A stretch of DNA of 26,403 bases from a virus. Its lineage: Duplodnaviria > Heunggongvirae > Uroviricota > Caudoviricetes. Shown piece after piece: positions 1-7,748 of the stretch. Below the pieces are notes generated by a model. That model was given only the letters and a program-made list of their open reading frames with translations. It ran no database searches and had not been told where the DNA came from. The DNA lies in IMG/VR virus record IMGVR_UViG_2690316269_000009, positions 1 to 26,403 of that record; one strand, 5' to 3'. Every line of letters starts with the position of its first letter. Position 1 is the first letter of the stretch. The position numbers and the translations under genes were made by a program.

Positions 1-98
1 CCGTATGGCTGCCAGCCCTCTTTCAGTTTGTGTGTCAGCTTTTCCGCAAGGTCTGACGGCGACGCCGCCCTGACAACATCATAATGTTTAATCGACAT
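1..98 (-). CDS. Phage protein, N-terminal 32 codons only (gene runs off left edge); begins MSIKHYDVVRAASPSDLAEKL
   Basis: ATG at 96-98 on minus strand preceded by GGGAGA Shine-Dalgarno (rc of about 105-110); open to window edge. Resembles small lambdoid late-region proteins from memory only. Confidence 0.45.
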   Translation of the reverse strand, partial: MSIKHYDVVRAASPSDLAEKLTHKLKEGWQPY

Positions 99-184
99 CG
101 AATTTCTCCCGTGTAGAGGAACAGAGTTAAAAAGCCGGAAGCGGAATCAAATCACAGGATGACCATCTGCCAGTGGCTGGTCGT

Positions 185-213
185 AAAAAAAAAGCCGCGC
201 CATGCGCAGCCGA
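185..213 (-). terminator. Rho-independent terminator (minus strand)
   Basis: GC-rich hairpin (rc of gccgcgccatgcgcagcc, about 7 bp stem, 3 nt loop) followed on minus strand by a run of 9 T (plus-strand A-run 185-193). Confidence 0.45.
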
Positions 214-412
214 AAATAAAGGGATAACGATGATAGTTTGAGAAAAACAGAAATAACACTTTTGTGGCAAAGCATGGTGCCGGGTGCCTCCCGGTGAATT
301 CAGTATCAGCACCTGAATCCGCGATTACCCCATATTCCTTCTTGCTGATTGCCCCACCGCACAGGGGGATTCACCATGCAGAAGTGTTTTTAATAAACAG
401 CAAACAAAAAAA

Positions 413-580
413 TCAAGCATTATGCAGGCTGTTTCTTTTTATCACCGGCCACAGCAATACCATAATGCCGCAGACCAGCACCCCATCCGCCAGCACCGAC
501 ATGATTCTGCTGGTGAAATCCACCATCACCACCAGAAACAGCAGGAGTGCAGCCACAGCCAGGCGCAGTTTTACCGTCAC
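413..580 (-). CDS. Small hydrophobic membrane protein (about 55 aa, GTG start) translationally coupled to the upstream TerB-like ORF
   Basis: Minus-strand frame reads VTVKLRLAVAALLLFLVVMVDFTSRIMSVLADGVLVCGIMVLLWPVIKRNSLHNA; GTG overlaps the TGA of the upstream frame (cTGTGA); GGAGA about 8 nt upstream. Confidence 0.4.
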   Translation of the reverse strand: MTVKLRLAVAALLLFLVVMVDFTSRIMSVLADGVLVCGIMVLLWPVIKRNSLHNA

Positions 581-969
581 AGGTGATTCTCCAGACGAAG
601 ACCCAGAACACCGGCAATCTCTTCCAGCACCTTGCGCTCTTCCGGCTCAATTTCGCCGTCTGCCTCCGCAATGGCCACCGCCACATCCAGCACATCTTCC
701 GCTTCACGCGTATCGTGTTTCACATCCTCGATCTCACGTAACGCCGCACGACGACCAGTTTTAAAGTTCGTATCCAGCTGACCGATAATGGTTGCGCTAA
801 TCGCATTAATTTCTGACGTAAACGCGGACAGCGCAGGCTGATTACGCAGTACCTGTTCGATCTTCGCTTTCTAGGAAGCCTCACATTCACCATCTGCACA
901 GGCCACCAGGTAGGCAGCATTAATAACCGCCTGTGCCAGATCGCGTTTCTCAAACTTTCCTTTTTCCGG
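577..969 (-). pseudogene. TerB-like (tellurite-resistance TerB / DjlA N-terminal fold) ORF interrupted by in-frame TAA (970-972) and TAG (871-873); no ATG in the intact segment
   Basis: Minus-strand frame translates ...PEKGKFEKRDLAQAVINAAYLVACADGECEAS*KAKIEQVLRNQPALSAFTSEINAISATIIGQLDTNFKTGRRAALREIEDVKHDTREAEDVLDVAVAIAEADGEIEPEERKVLEEIAGVLGLRLENHL*; the repeated A-x-ADGE-x-E motif is typical of the TerB fold. Confidence 0.45.
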
Positions 970-1063
970 TTAACGTGACACACCAATAACTCTTGTCGAA
1001 AAAGCCAGCAAGCTGAAAGACCGGTATTCACAACCACCAGCGCGTTTACTGTACTGGCGTGAT

Positions 1064-1090
1064 TTCAGTCATAAAAAAACCCGCCTGGCG
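1064..1090 (-). terminator. Rho-independent terminator downstream of Q (candidate tR'-like site)
   Basis: Minus strand reads cacccgtcgccaggcgggttttttt: about 6 bp stem (one G-U), 4 nt loop, T7 tail; roughly 90-110 bp past the Q stop. Confidence 0.4.
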
Positions 1091-1176
1091 ACGGGTGTAA
1101 AAAATCTTCTAACGTCAGGCATAAAACGCCCATCGTTAGGGCAAATTTACCACAGATTCGGGAAAAATCAACAAAG

Positions 1177-1998
1177 CTATCTGGTCACCTTTTTCAGTTG
1201 TTGTTCTGCCCATGCTTCTTCAATATCAAACTGCACCACCAGCGTATCGTAAAAACGTTTAACTGTTTTTTTCCATGTATCAAGAGATATGGCATCGGTT
1301 ACATTACATATGGCATTAAATGCCTCCGTTGAAGGTAATCTTTCATAGCCACGACCACCACAACGCTGGCAGTCTCTGATAACAGGCATACCACGTTTTA
1401 CCGACTCTTCACGATGAATGGCAACACCGCGCCCACGACAATCTTTACAGGCAGTGGATACCTCTCCCTTCCCTCCACACTCCGGACAGGCAACTTTTAC
1501 CACCTCCCTGACTTTTTTCCATTCCTCCCAGTAAGACGGATACACGCCTTTTGTGCACTTTGCCCACACTGGCGGCTTACCATCCGGATACTGGATCTTG
1601 TTTGTAAAAACCTCGCTTTCAATAAATTTTTTTCCGTGACAACAGGGGCACTGTTTTTTGCTCGCCGCGCTACGGGCATAATCTTCAAACGCATACGAAG
1701 CCATAATACGCATCACTGCCGGTTTTATTTCTGCCGGGAGTTTTCTTAACGCCGCCACGCGATCACACCGACTGAGTGCATATTCTGTCAGCAATTCTGT
1801 TGCCCGCTCTCTGTCATTCATACTAATGCCCATTTTCCCAAGGAACGCAGAAAACCCCATCTCAGCCCAATTCTGTGTCATGCCCTGCGCGGCCATCACA
1901 TCAGTGATACTCAGCGTATCTTTCGACGTTGAGGCCGATGCATCAGTCAGGCCGGGGGATTTTGGGGAGTAGTATTTCGGTAAATCTTCCAGTTTCAT
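1177..1998 (-). CDS. Phage late-gene antitermination protein Q (Phage_antitermQ-like, 273 aa)
   Basis: ORF with Cys-rich zinc-binding motifs (CPCCHGKK, CPECGGKG, CKDCRGRG, CQRCGGRG); sits directly downstream of rusA with ATGA stop/start overlap, as in lambdoid nin-Q regions. Confidence 0.75.
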   Translation of the reverse strand: MKLEDLPKYYSPKSPGLTDASASTSKDTLSITDVMAAQGMTQNWAEMGFSAFLGKMGISMNDRERATELLTEYALSRCDRVAALRKLPAEIKPAVMRIMASYAFEDYARSAASKKQCPCCHGKKFIESEVFTNKIQYPDGKPPVWAKCTKGVYPSYWEEWKKVREVVKVACPECGGKGEVSTACKDCRGRGVAIHREESVKRGMPVIRDCQRCGGRGYERLPSTEAFNAICNVTDAISLDTWKKTVKRFYDTLVVQFDIEEAWAEQQLKKVTR

Positions 1999-2369
1999 TT
2001 TTTGACCTGCCCTTCAAGCATTATGGGGTAAATTTTCACCCCCAGACGTCCACCAGATACTGGCTGAGCACGAACGATATTGATTTCATCAAACTGCTCA
2101 TCGTCCATTAGCAACCCCGCATGCGTCAGCGCATCCAGCGGCGCTTTCAGAATATTGTCCAGGTCACGGCGACGCTTATCCGGTGGCTCGGCAATAATCT
2201 TTATCGCCAGCCTTCCGGACAGGCTTAATTTCAGCCGCTGCTGGCGAACAATAAGCGCCACAGCCCGGCGATAACGCTCACCGGCTTTTGATACAAAATA
2301 TGTGCTGCCACGACGTCGCCAGTAGGTGTTCACCGTCGGCGGGTAAAGCAAAACAAACTCTATACGCAT
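1995..2369 (-). CDS. rusA: Crossover junction endodeoxyribonuclease RusA (Holliday junction resolvase)
   Basis: 124 aa; motif PPDKRRRDLDNILKAPLDALTHAGLLMDDEQ matches the recalled RusA core (RRRDLDN...DAL...DD). Confidence 0.8.
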   Translation of the reverse strand: MRIEFVLLYPPTVNTYWRRRGSTYFVSKAGERYRRAVALIVRQQRLKLSLSGRLAIKIIAEPPDKRRRDLDNILKAPLDALTHAGLLMDDEQFDEINIVRAQPVSGGRLGVKIYPIMLEGQVKK

Positions 2370-2381
2370 CAGTAACCTCTT

Positions 2382-3431
2382 TTACCCGAGCACGCCGGTT
2401 GCAAAGGCGTGATCAAGAAAACGAAAAATTAAATCAACCTGGGAACCATGCTTTTCTTCGAACGCCAGCGGATCCGCATGAAGCTCGTTGTGATGCTCCC
2501 GACACAGCGGTAGCGTGAAAATATCGTGGGATTTTGTTCCCATTCCGCCCTGACCATGACCAATCAGATGATGAGGATCGTCCGCTGGCTTACCACAACA
2601 CGCACACGGCTGTGTCTTTACCCAGCGTGTGTATTTCTCATTTACCCAGCGGCGACGTTTAGGTCGTTTCATGAAGGATTCCGGAGACTCCGGATCAACG
2701 GCAATGCTGACCACCGTCTTTTCCTGTGGTGGGTTCTGTTGCTGGTGGGTGTGAGGCGGTAGCGCAATATTTTTTGTGCGCTGCTTCAGTATGCTGGTGG
2801 CGGTCTGCTCTCCCGGCACGATGTCGCTTTCACGGTACATTGAGCGGATTTTTTCCGCACGCCCCCCCAGCGAACGACGTAATACCGCTTCCGGTAGCGC
2901 GTCCGCCACCTGATTGCGGACCGCCCACCAGGATAATTCAGCCAAAGATAATTCACGCTCCTGCGTACCGCTTATTGCGTGACCGATGACGTCAATCATC
3001 CATGCTGACAGGTTTTGATGAGCAAGTTGCTCGAGTGATTCGGATGTCTGGTCACGCAGCTGGTTGTCGCAGTGCCAGCACAACACCATTGCGCCGGTAC
3101 CATAACGGTGAATGACAGTTTCGCTGTGATGATAATCGCCGTGTGGCCACTGGCAGGATTTAATATGGCGCAACAGCCAGTCAGACAATGCACCAGCACC
3201 ACCAGCAGCACGAATCACCCGTGCGTTACTGAAAAACGGCAGCAATGTTTTGTCTTCCACCAGCGGCTGGCGAACGGCAGGAACGACCCCGGACGGCAGA
3301 TTACGCATGCTTTTCGGTTCCGGCTCCATCAATACCCGGGTATTGTGGAATACTGGCATGGATTCACGGCCCGGCTTAACGATCACCAGCCCGAGTTCCG
3401 GTACCAGAACAGGTCGAAGTAATACCCGCAC
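2382..3431 (-). CDS. ydfU: DUF968 family prophage protein (YdfU-like), start codon uncertain (GTG at 3431 or internal ATG)
   Basis: 349-codon ORF; C-terminal Cys/His cluster (CACCGKPADDPHHLIGHGQGG...CREHHNELH); position between rem/hok and rusA matches Qin-type order. Confidence 0.65.
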   Translation of the reverse strand: MRVLLRPVLVPELGLVIVKPGRESMPVFHNTRVLMEPEPKSMRNLPSGVVPAVRQPLVEDKTLLPFFSNARVIRAAGGAGALSDWLLRHIKSCQWPHGDYHHSETVIHRYGTGAMVLCWHCDNQLRDQTSESLEQLAHQNLSAWMIDVIGHAISGTQERELSLAELSWWAVRNQVADALPEAVLRRSLGGRAEKIRSMYRESDIVPGEQTATSILKQRTKNIALPPHTHQQQNPPQEKTVVSIAVDPESPESFMKRPKRRRWVNEKYTRWVKTQPCACCGKPADDPHHLIGHGQGGMGTKSHDIFTLPLCREHHNELHADPLAFEEKHGSQVDLIFRFLDHAFATGVLG

Positions 3432-3432
3432 G

Positions 3433-3711
3433 TTACCTCCAGATGCGTTGCTGGAATGTGCGAGACGGACGCGGTGGGCGTTCAGAGTAAGGAAGCCTGA
3501 CGGAGATTATCCAGTGACGGTAGTCGAGACTAAGGGCTTTCTTAACCTCGTATCCGCGCCTGCGGTAACACTGAATTGTCCATTCAGCCTGCTCTTCAGT
3601 ACATGGAGGGTGTTGGAACCATTCAGACTTGAATGCGTGAGAATACCGCTCGTGCGTGCAGGCAAGAACGGGCGAATTATCAGAATTGTAATATTTTACG
3701 TTGCGTGCCAT
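3433..3711 (-). CDS. Hypothetical small prophage protein (92 aa)
   Basis: ORF MARNVKYYNSDNSPVLACTHERYSHAFKSEWFQHPPCTEEQAEWTIQCYRRRGY...; stop abuts the start of the DUF968 gene. Family not recognised. Confidence 0.45.
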   Translation of the reverse strand: MARNVKYYNSDNSPVLACTHERYSHAFKSEWFQHPPCTEEQAEWTIQCYRRRGYEVKKALSLDYRHWIISVRLPYSERPPRPSRTFQQRIWR

Positions 3712-3777
3712 CGGTTTTCTCCGGTGGCACGGTGTTACTCAGCGGGAGTTCAGCCCCGCGCAAGATTGTAGATGAGT

Positions 3778-4029
3778 TTATTCTTCTGCAAAAGCTGAAA
3801 AGCCTGCTTTTATTCCGATCTCTTTCAGTGCCTGTAATGAAGTGACAAACTCACCTTCGCGCAAGATAAATCCGTCTGTCACTCGACCATCCACAAAATT
3901 AATTAACGCAGCCCCATTCTTTCGCAAACACATAATGCGGTAATGACTAACAAGATTTCCATTTTCAACGCACACAGCATAGAGGCCATCTTCACAAAAA
4001 ATTTTACGCAGTTCTTCGATGTTCATCAT
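3778..4029 (-). CDS. rem: Rem-like small prophage protein (83 aa)
   Basis: ORF MMNIEELRKIFCEDGLYAVCVENGNLVSHYRIMCLRKNGAALINFVDGRVTDGFILREGEFVTSLQALKEIGIKAGFSAFAEE; lies between hok and ydfU-like as in Qin. Confidence 0.55.
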   Translation of the reverse strand: MMNIEELRKIFCEDGLYAVCVENGNLVSHYRIMCLRKNGAALINFVDGRVTDGFILREGEFVTSLQALKEIGIKAGFSAFAEE

Positions 4030-4145
4030 CAGAATCCTTCCGGATAATTAGCTCTCCCCTTTAAGGGACCATCCCTCTTATCCCTGCGCGCTACTTAAGT
4101 ATTTTTGATTCTATTCCGGCGCCGTCCAGAACTTCAAACGCGTTG

Positions 4146-4177
4146 AAAATAAAAACAAAAACCCGCCGAAGCGGGTT
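4146..4177 (-). terminator. Rho-independent terminator (minus strand), likely 3' end of the hok transcript
   Basis: Minus strand reads acccgcttcggcgggtttttgtttttatttt: GC stem with tetraloop then T-rich tail, about 70 bp downstream of hok stop. Confidence 0.55.
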
Positions 4178-4245
4178 AAGTGCGGGTGCGTTGAGGATGC
4201 CTGCCACATCAGAGGTGGCGAGGGATTTCTCCCTCGCCGGGTCTC

Positions 4246-4401
4246 TTACTCCTCAGGTTCGTAAGCTGTGAAGACAGCGACCTCCGTCTGGCCGGTTCGG
4301 ATTCGTACCTCGCAGAGGTCTTTCCTCGTTACCAGTGTCGTCACTATGACGGTTAAACAGATGACGATCAGGGCGATTAACATCGCCTTTTGCTGCTTCA
4401 T
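4246..4401 (-). CDS. hokD: Hok-family type I toxin (HokD/RelF-like, 51 aa)
   Basis: MKQQKAMLIALIVICLTVIVTTLVTRKDLCEVRIRTGQTEVAVFTAYEPEE: single TM helix plus conserved C-terminus; an in-frame upstream extension to 4458 (MLDTCRLASYVPEGKEKQA) may be the mok-like leader. Confidence 0.8.
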   Translation of the reverse strand: MKQQKAMLIALIVICLTVIVTTLVTRKDLCEVRIRTGQTEVAVFTAYEPEE

Positions 4402-4714
4402 AGCCTGCTTCTCCTTGCCTTCCGGCACGTAAGAGGCTAACCTACATGTGTCTAGCATGAAATTGGCCTCAGATTAATGTTAAGCGTCTTGCAGGACGCG
4501 TAATGTTAACTGGGGCTTTTCTCTATCTGCCTTTGGTGTTCATGCCTGAGACAGATAGCCTCAAGCACCCGCAGCCATTCTACTTAACTCCCGTTACCCC
4601 GCCAATATGAAATCAGTCAGAAAGGCGATCCATAAGAATAATGAATTCTGTAAGGCAATAGTCTCACTGTCTAACATATCTTACCTGATTACTTTACAAT
4701 ATAATAATTCATAG

Positions 4715-5350
4715 TTAAATCAAATGAATGTCATCATCCAATAATTCATTAGTAGTAATACTACCTTTTTTGAAAAAATTTTCATTTGCCTCAGCAATTT
4801 TTGCATCATTAACAAATTCATCACACATCCCAAAATAATGAAAAAATCTATTTAGTTTACATATTCCAATGGTATAGTGCCCTTTAGGTGTTTTGTCCAC
4901 ATAAACACGATTTGCTTTTATAATATGCATCTCATAATCATCTATATGTGGATGAACGATGCGAAATGATGCAGATGCAGTTGGATAGTTTTTGCGCCGC
5001 CCCCCATTTATTACGGGTTCAAATAACACTTCATTTTTACCTTTGAATTCATTGCAGTCAGGACATACTACACATAGATTCTTAGGTTCAAAAATAAAAC
5101 ATAGATATTGAGATTTTGGCACAATATGCTCTATAGGAGCAGCTTGTGCAGCTCTTACCCCAATAGGCTCATGACAATATACACATTCTAGCTTTTGTTC
5201 TTCTCTGTAATGATTTCTAATTTCTGCACGGAGAACTTGCAAATCATCATCTCCCCAGTTGGTATGCTTAAAATCTGGAGAAGACAATTTTTTCTCAATA
5301 ATATCTAATGACTCTGCGCTGAATCTAATTGGATTTTTAATTTTTGGCAT
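4715..5350 (-). CDS. ptuB: HNH endonuclease, Septu PtuB-like (about 211 aa from ATG at 5350; alternative GTG at 5359)
   Basis: HNH signature CVYCHEP...IEHIVPKSQ...NLCVVCPDCNEFKG; start overlaps the 3' end of the upstream ATPase gene (operon coupling). Confidence 0.7.
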   Translation of the reverse strand: MPKIKNPIRFSAESLDIIEKKLSSPDFKHTNWGDDDLQVLRAEIRNHYREEQKLECVYCHEPIGVRAAQAAPIEHIVPKSQYLCFIFEPKNLCVVCPDCNEFKGKNEVLFEPVINGGRRKNYPTASASFRIVHPHIDDYEMHIIKANRVYVDKTPKGHYTIGICKLNRFFHYFGMCDEFVNDAKIAEANENFFKKGSITTNELLDDDIHLI

Positions 5351-6710
5351 AAATTTCACACACCTGAGATACGGAATTTACGAGTTCATTAATAGGGTCA
5401 TTACTATTAACGTTTTCAAGGAGAAGCTGGAGTTGTTTTAATTCACGCCAATTATCATCTGTTACTAACTTAGCAGTCTTAACTTTTGAAAGTAAATTGA
5501 AAGCTAATCTGGCAATGTATTCATTCATAATGCCAGGGGCATCAAATAGTTCCGCAAGTTGATAGTCTGCAGACCGGTTGCTAAAGTATTTTGCTTTATA
5601 AAGATAACTTTTCGACAAAGATGTTATATAACAACCTTTATTCGGCAAATTGGATATTATTTGTGGTGAATGAGTTGCAATTATGAATTGACAACCTGAG
5701 TAAGTTAAAAATGCTTTTGTTAACATAATGATAAACTCTTCCTGCCATCGAGGATGCAAGCTTATTTCCGGTTCATCAATTAGTATTATAGAACCATCAG
5801 TTATATGCCCTGCAATTCCAAGCAACATCACTAATAAACATTGTTCTCCCGAGCTCGCACGTTTAAGTGACATGGGACCATAGCTTTTTTTTATGAGTCG
5901 CATATCCATCAATCTCATGAAGCCAGCGTTCATAAGTTTAAGAATTGATCTAGAAAAATAATTATTCGCATAAGTCGAGCCAACCAATGTTTCACCATTG
6001 GTAAAATCGACTGACAAGGTTACAGCCCTACGTTCAGGTTCAAATCGATTAATTTCAACCAGTGCTTCGTAAATATCATGACGTGATTCGGAGTTTAACT
6101 TTAAGAGACTCTCAATATTCTTCCTGTCAATTTTTATATTGTATTTTAAATATAACTCCTTAACTTCCGTTAATATCTCATCTGAATATACACCAATGAA
6201 GTTATAGTCAGGAGTGTCCGGTCCGTTGTAAGTTGGTTTAAATACAAACTCTATATGGGGCTCAAAATCAATAGAATGAAAAACATCGAGTAAATTTGCA
6301 GGATTTTCTGAATAAGCAAGTTTCTCTAGCCAACCTCTCGCTGCTGAAGATAAAAGGGATACGGCATTTGATACGCCGAAGGGGCCTTCTCCACGCATAC
6401 CCACATAGCGATAATTATTTTCTTTCCTTTGGTGATTTAATGACCTACGCCCTGGAGGGAATTTATCGAATGGGCTGGTAGATACGGCAATTAACTTTGG
6501 TGTTATTTCTCTGTCAAATAATGGATTAAAAGTTTTCAAGAAATGAATATCTTGAATACAGTCTTTAGCAATCTGAGATAACAATCTGCTTTTTCCAACG
6601 CCATTTTTACCTACAATTACTGTAAAAATATTCGCATTATCAGAAACATCACCTTCTATAGCAAGTTTTAAGGTTCGACTATCATGATGGGTATAATATA
6701 GTCTTTTCAT
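5337..6710 (-). CDS. ptuA: AAA15/ABC-type ATPase, Septu PtuA-like (457 aa)
   Basis: Walker A VIVGKNGVGKS near N-terminus, long insertion, ABC signature-like LKRASSGEQ, Walker B ILIDEPEISLH, H-loop IIATHSPQI; ATG at 6708-6710. Confidence 0.7.
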   Translation of the reverse strand: MKRLYYTHHDSRTLKLAIEGDVSDNANIFTVIVGKNGVGKSRLLSQIAKDCIQDIHFLKTFNPLFDREITPKLIAVSTSPFDKFPPGRRSLNHQRKENNYRYVGMRGEGPFGVSNAVSLLSSAARGWLEKLAYSENPANLLDVFHSIDFEPHIEFVFKPTYNGPDTPDYNFIGVYSDEILTEVKELYLKYNIKIDRKNIESLLKLNSESRHDIYEALVEINRFEPERRAVTLSVDFTNGETLVGSTYANNYFSRSILKLMNAGFMRLMDMRLIKKSYGPMSLKRASSGEQCLLVMLLGIAGHITDGSIILIDEPEISLHPRWQEEFIIMLTKAFLTYSGCQFIIATHSPQIISNLPNKGCYITSLSKSYLYKAKYFSNRSADYQLAELFDAPGIMNEYIARLAFNLLSKVKTAKLVTDDNWRELKQLQLLLENVNSNDPINELVNSVSQVCEIYAKN

Positions 6711-7094
6711 TTTATTTTTCTCTCATTAAAATGCTCTTAATTAAGAATACCTATGCCTTTAACAGGCTCATAGTTATGATTTGTGATGCTTTCAAAAGGG
6801 TATGTAACTAAGTATTGAACTCTACACCTAAGATTCTAAGATTTTTAAATTAAAGTAGTTAAACATGCTTTTGATTGTACTCATTCTATGTCCATCGTTG
6901 CTGCATGTCTAGATATCGTGCCCCGCTATTGTTATGTAATGATATGATGGACGCCCTGTCTGAAGCAGCCAGTGAAATATTTTTACTGTCTGCGTTTTCT
7001 ACAGGAGTAAATCACATGAGCACAATCAGAGTTGTTGGTATTGATATTGACCTGTGCCCAATTTTTTGAGACATATATTGGTACGCTCTTGGCA

Positions 7095-7116
7095 CAGGGC
7101 TGCTGCTGCAGCCCTG
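7095..7116. repeat. Perfect 9-bp inverted repeat / hairpin (cagggctgc tgct gcagccctg) just past the recombinase remnant stop
   Basis: Read directly; no adjacent T-run, so not a classical intrinsic terminator; possible recombination site or transcript 3' structure. Confidence 0.4.
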
Positions 7117-7122
7117 ACAGCT

Positions 7123-7691
7123 TTAGACTTCGATCGATTCAGAGATCTCTAATGCATCATCAACTTCTATACCCAGATAACGAACTGTGCTTTCCGTTTT
7201 CTTATGGCCCAACGGAAGTTGGATCACCCGGAGATTCTTAGTTTTCTTGCAGACAAGGCAAGGTTTTGTTCTTCTCATGGAATGTGTGCTGTAAAGCGAA
7301 TCTTCGAGACCAAGCTTTTCTCCCCCCTATGAAAGATTCGGTTATATTGCAGGATTGATATGTGTTGGTTAGTACCGACCCGAGATCGGAACAAGTAGTC
7401 TTTACTGCGTAAATTGCCAAGCTTTATCAATGCAGAAACAGCTTCTCTTGTCCCTTTGGTTATCTCAAATTGGATAGGACTGCCAGTTTTTCAGTTGCAA
7501 CACCGTAGCTCTGCTTGAAACCGAGCTAAATCACGCGTTTTACCTTCCAGTTCAAGCCGGATTTGGAGCCCCCAGATATGAGATATCTGAAGTGGTCTTT
7601 TTGGGCCTATGATACTGTCTTTGTTCCTCGGTGACGTATTCATACTCAAATCTCCTGCAATGTGGAAGATTTGAGTATGGTTGTCTCTCAA
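7123..7691 (-). pseudogene. Degenerate tyrosine recombinase (phage-integrase family) remnant, split across at least three frames
   Basis: C-terminal frame reads ...KNLRVIQLPLGHKKTESTVRYLGIEVDDALEISESIEV* (LGH....T.RY catalytic-Tyr box); upstream frames give LFRSRVGTNQHISILQYNRIFHRG and ALQHTFHEKN with frameshifts and stops between. Confidence 0.45.
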
Positions 7692-7748
7692 GAGCGAAAT
7701 AGGTCAACTATAACTAGTTGTTGTGCATGTACGAATTCTGCCAATTAA

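Noticed and set aside
264-764. 166-aa plus-strand ORF
   Set aside because: Pro/Ser/Arg-rich, low-complexity translation with no RBS, lying antisense to the better-supported minus-strand TerB-like and membrane-protein frames; judged a shadow ORF.
4246-4458. Full 70-aa ORF as the hok gene product
   Set aside because: The conserved Hok toxin is the C-terminal 51 aa starting at MKQQKAM (ATG 4399-4401); the upstream in-frame extension is more likely leader/mok-like sequence than part of the mature toxin.
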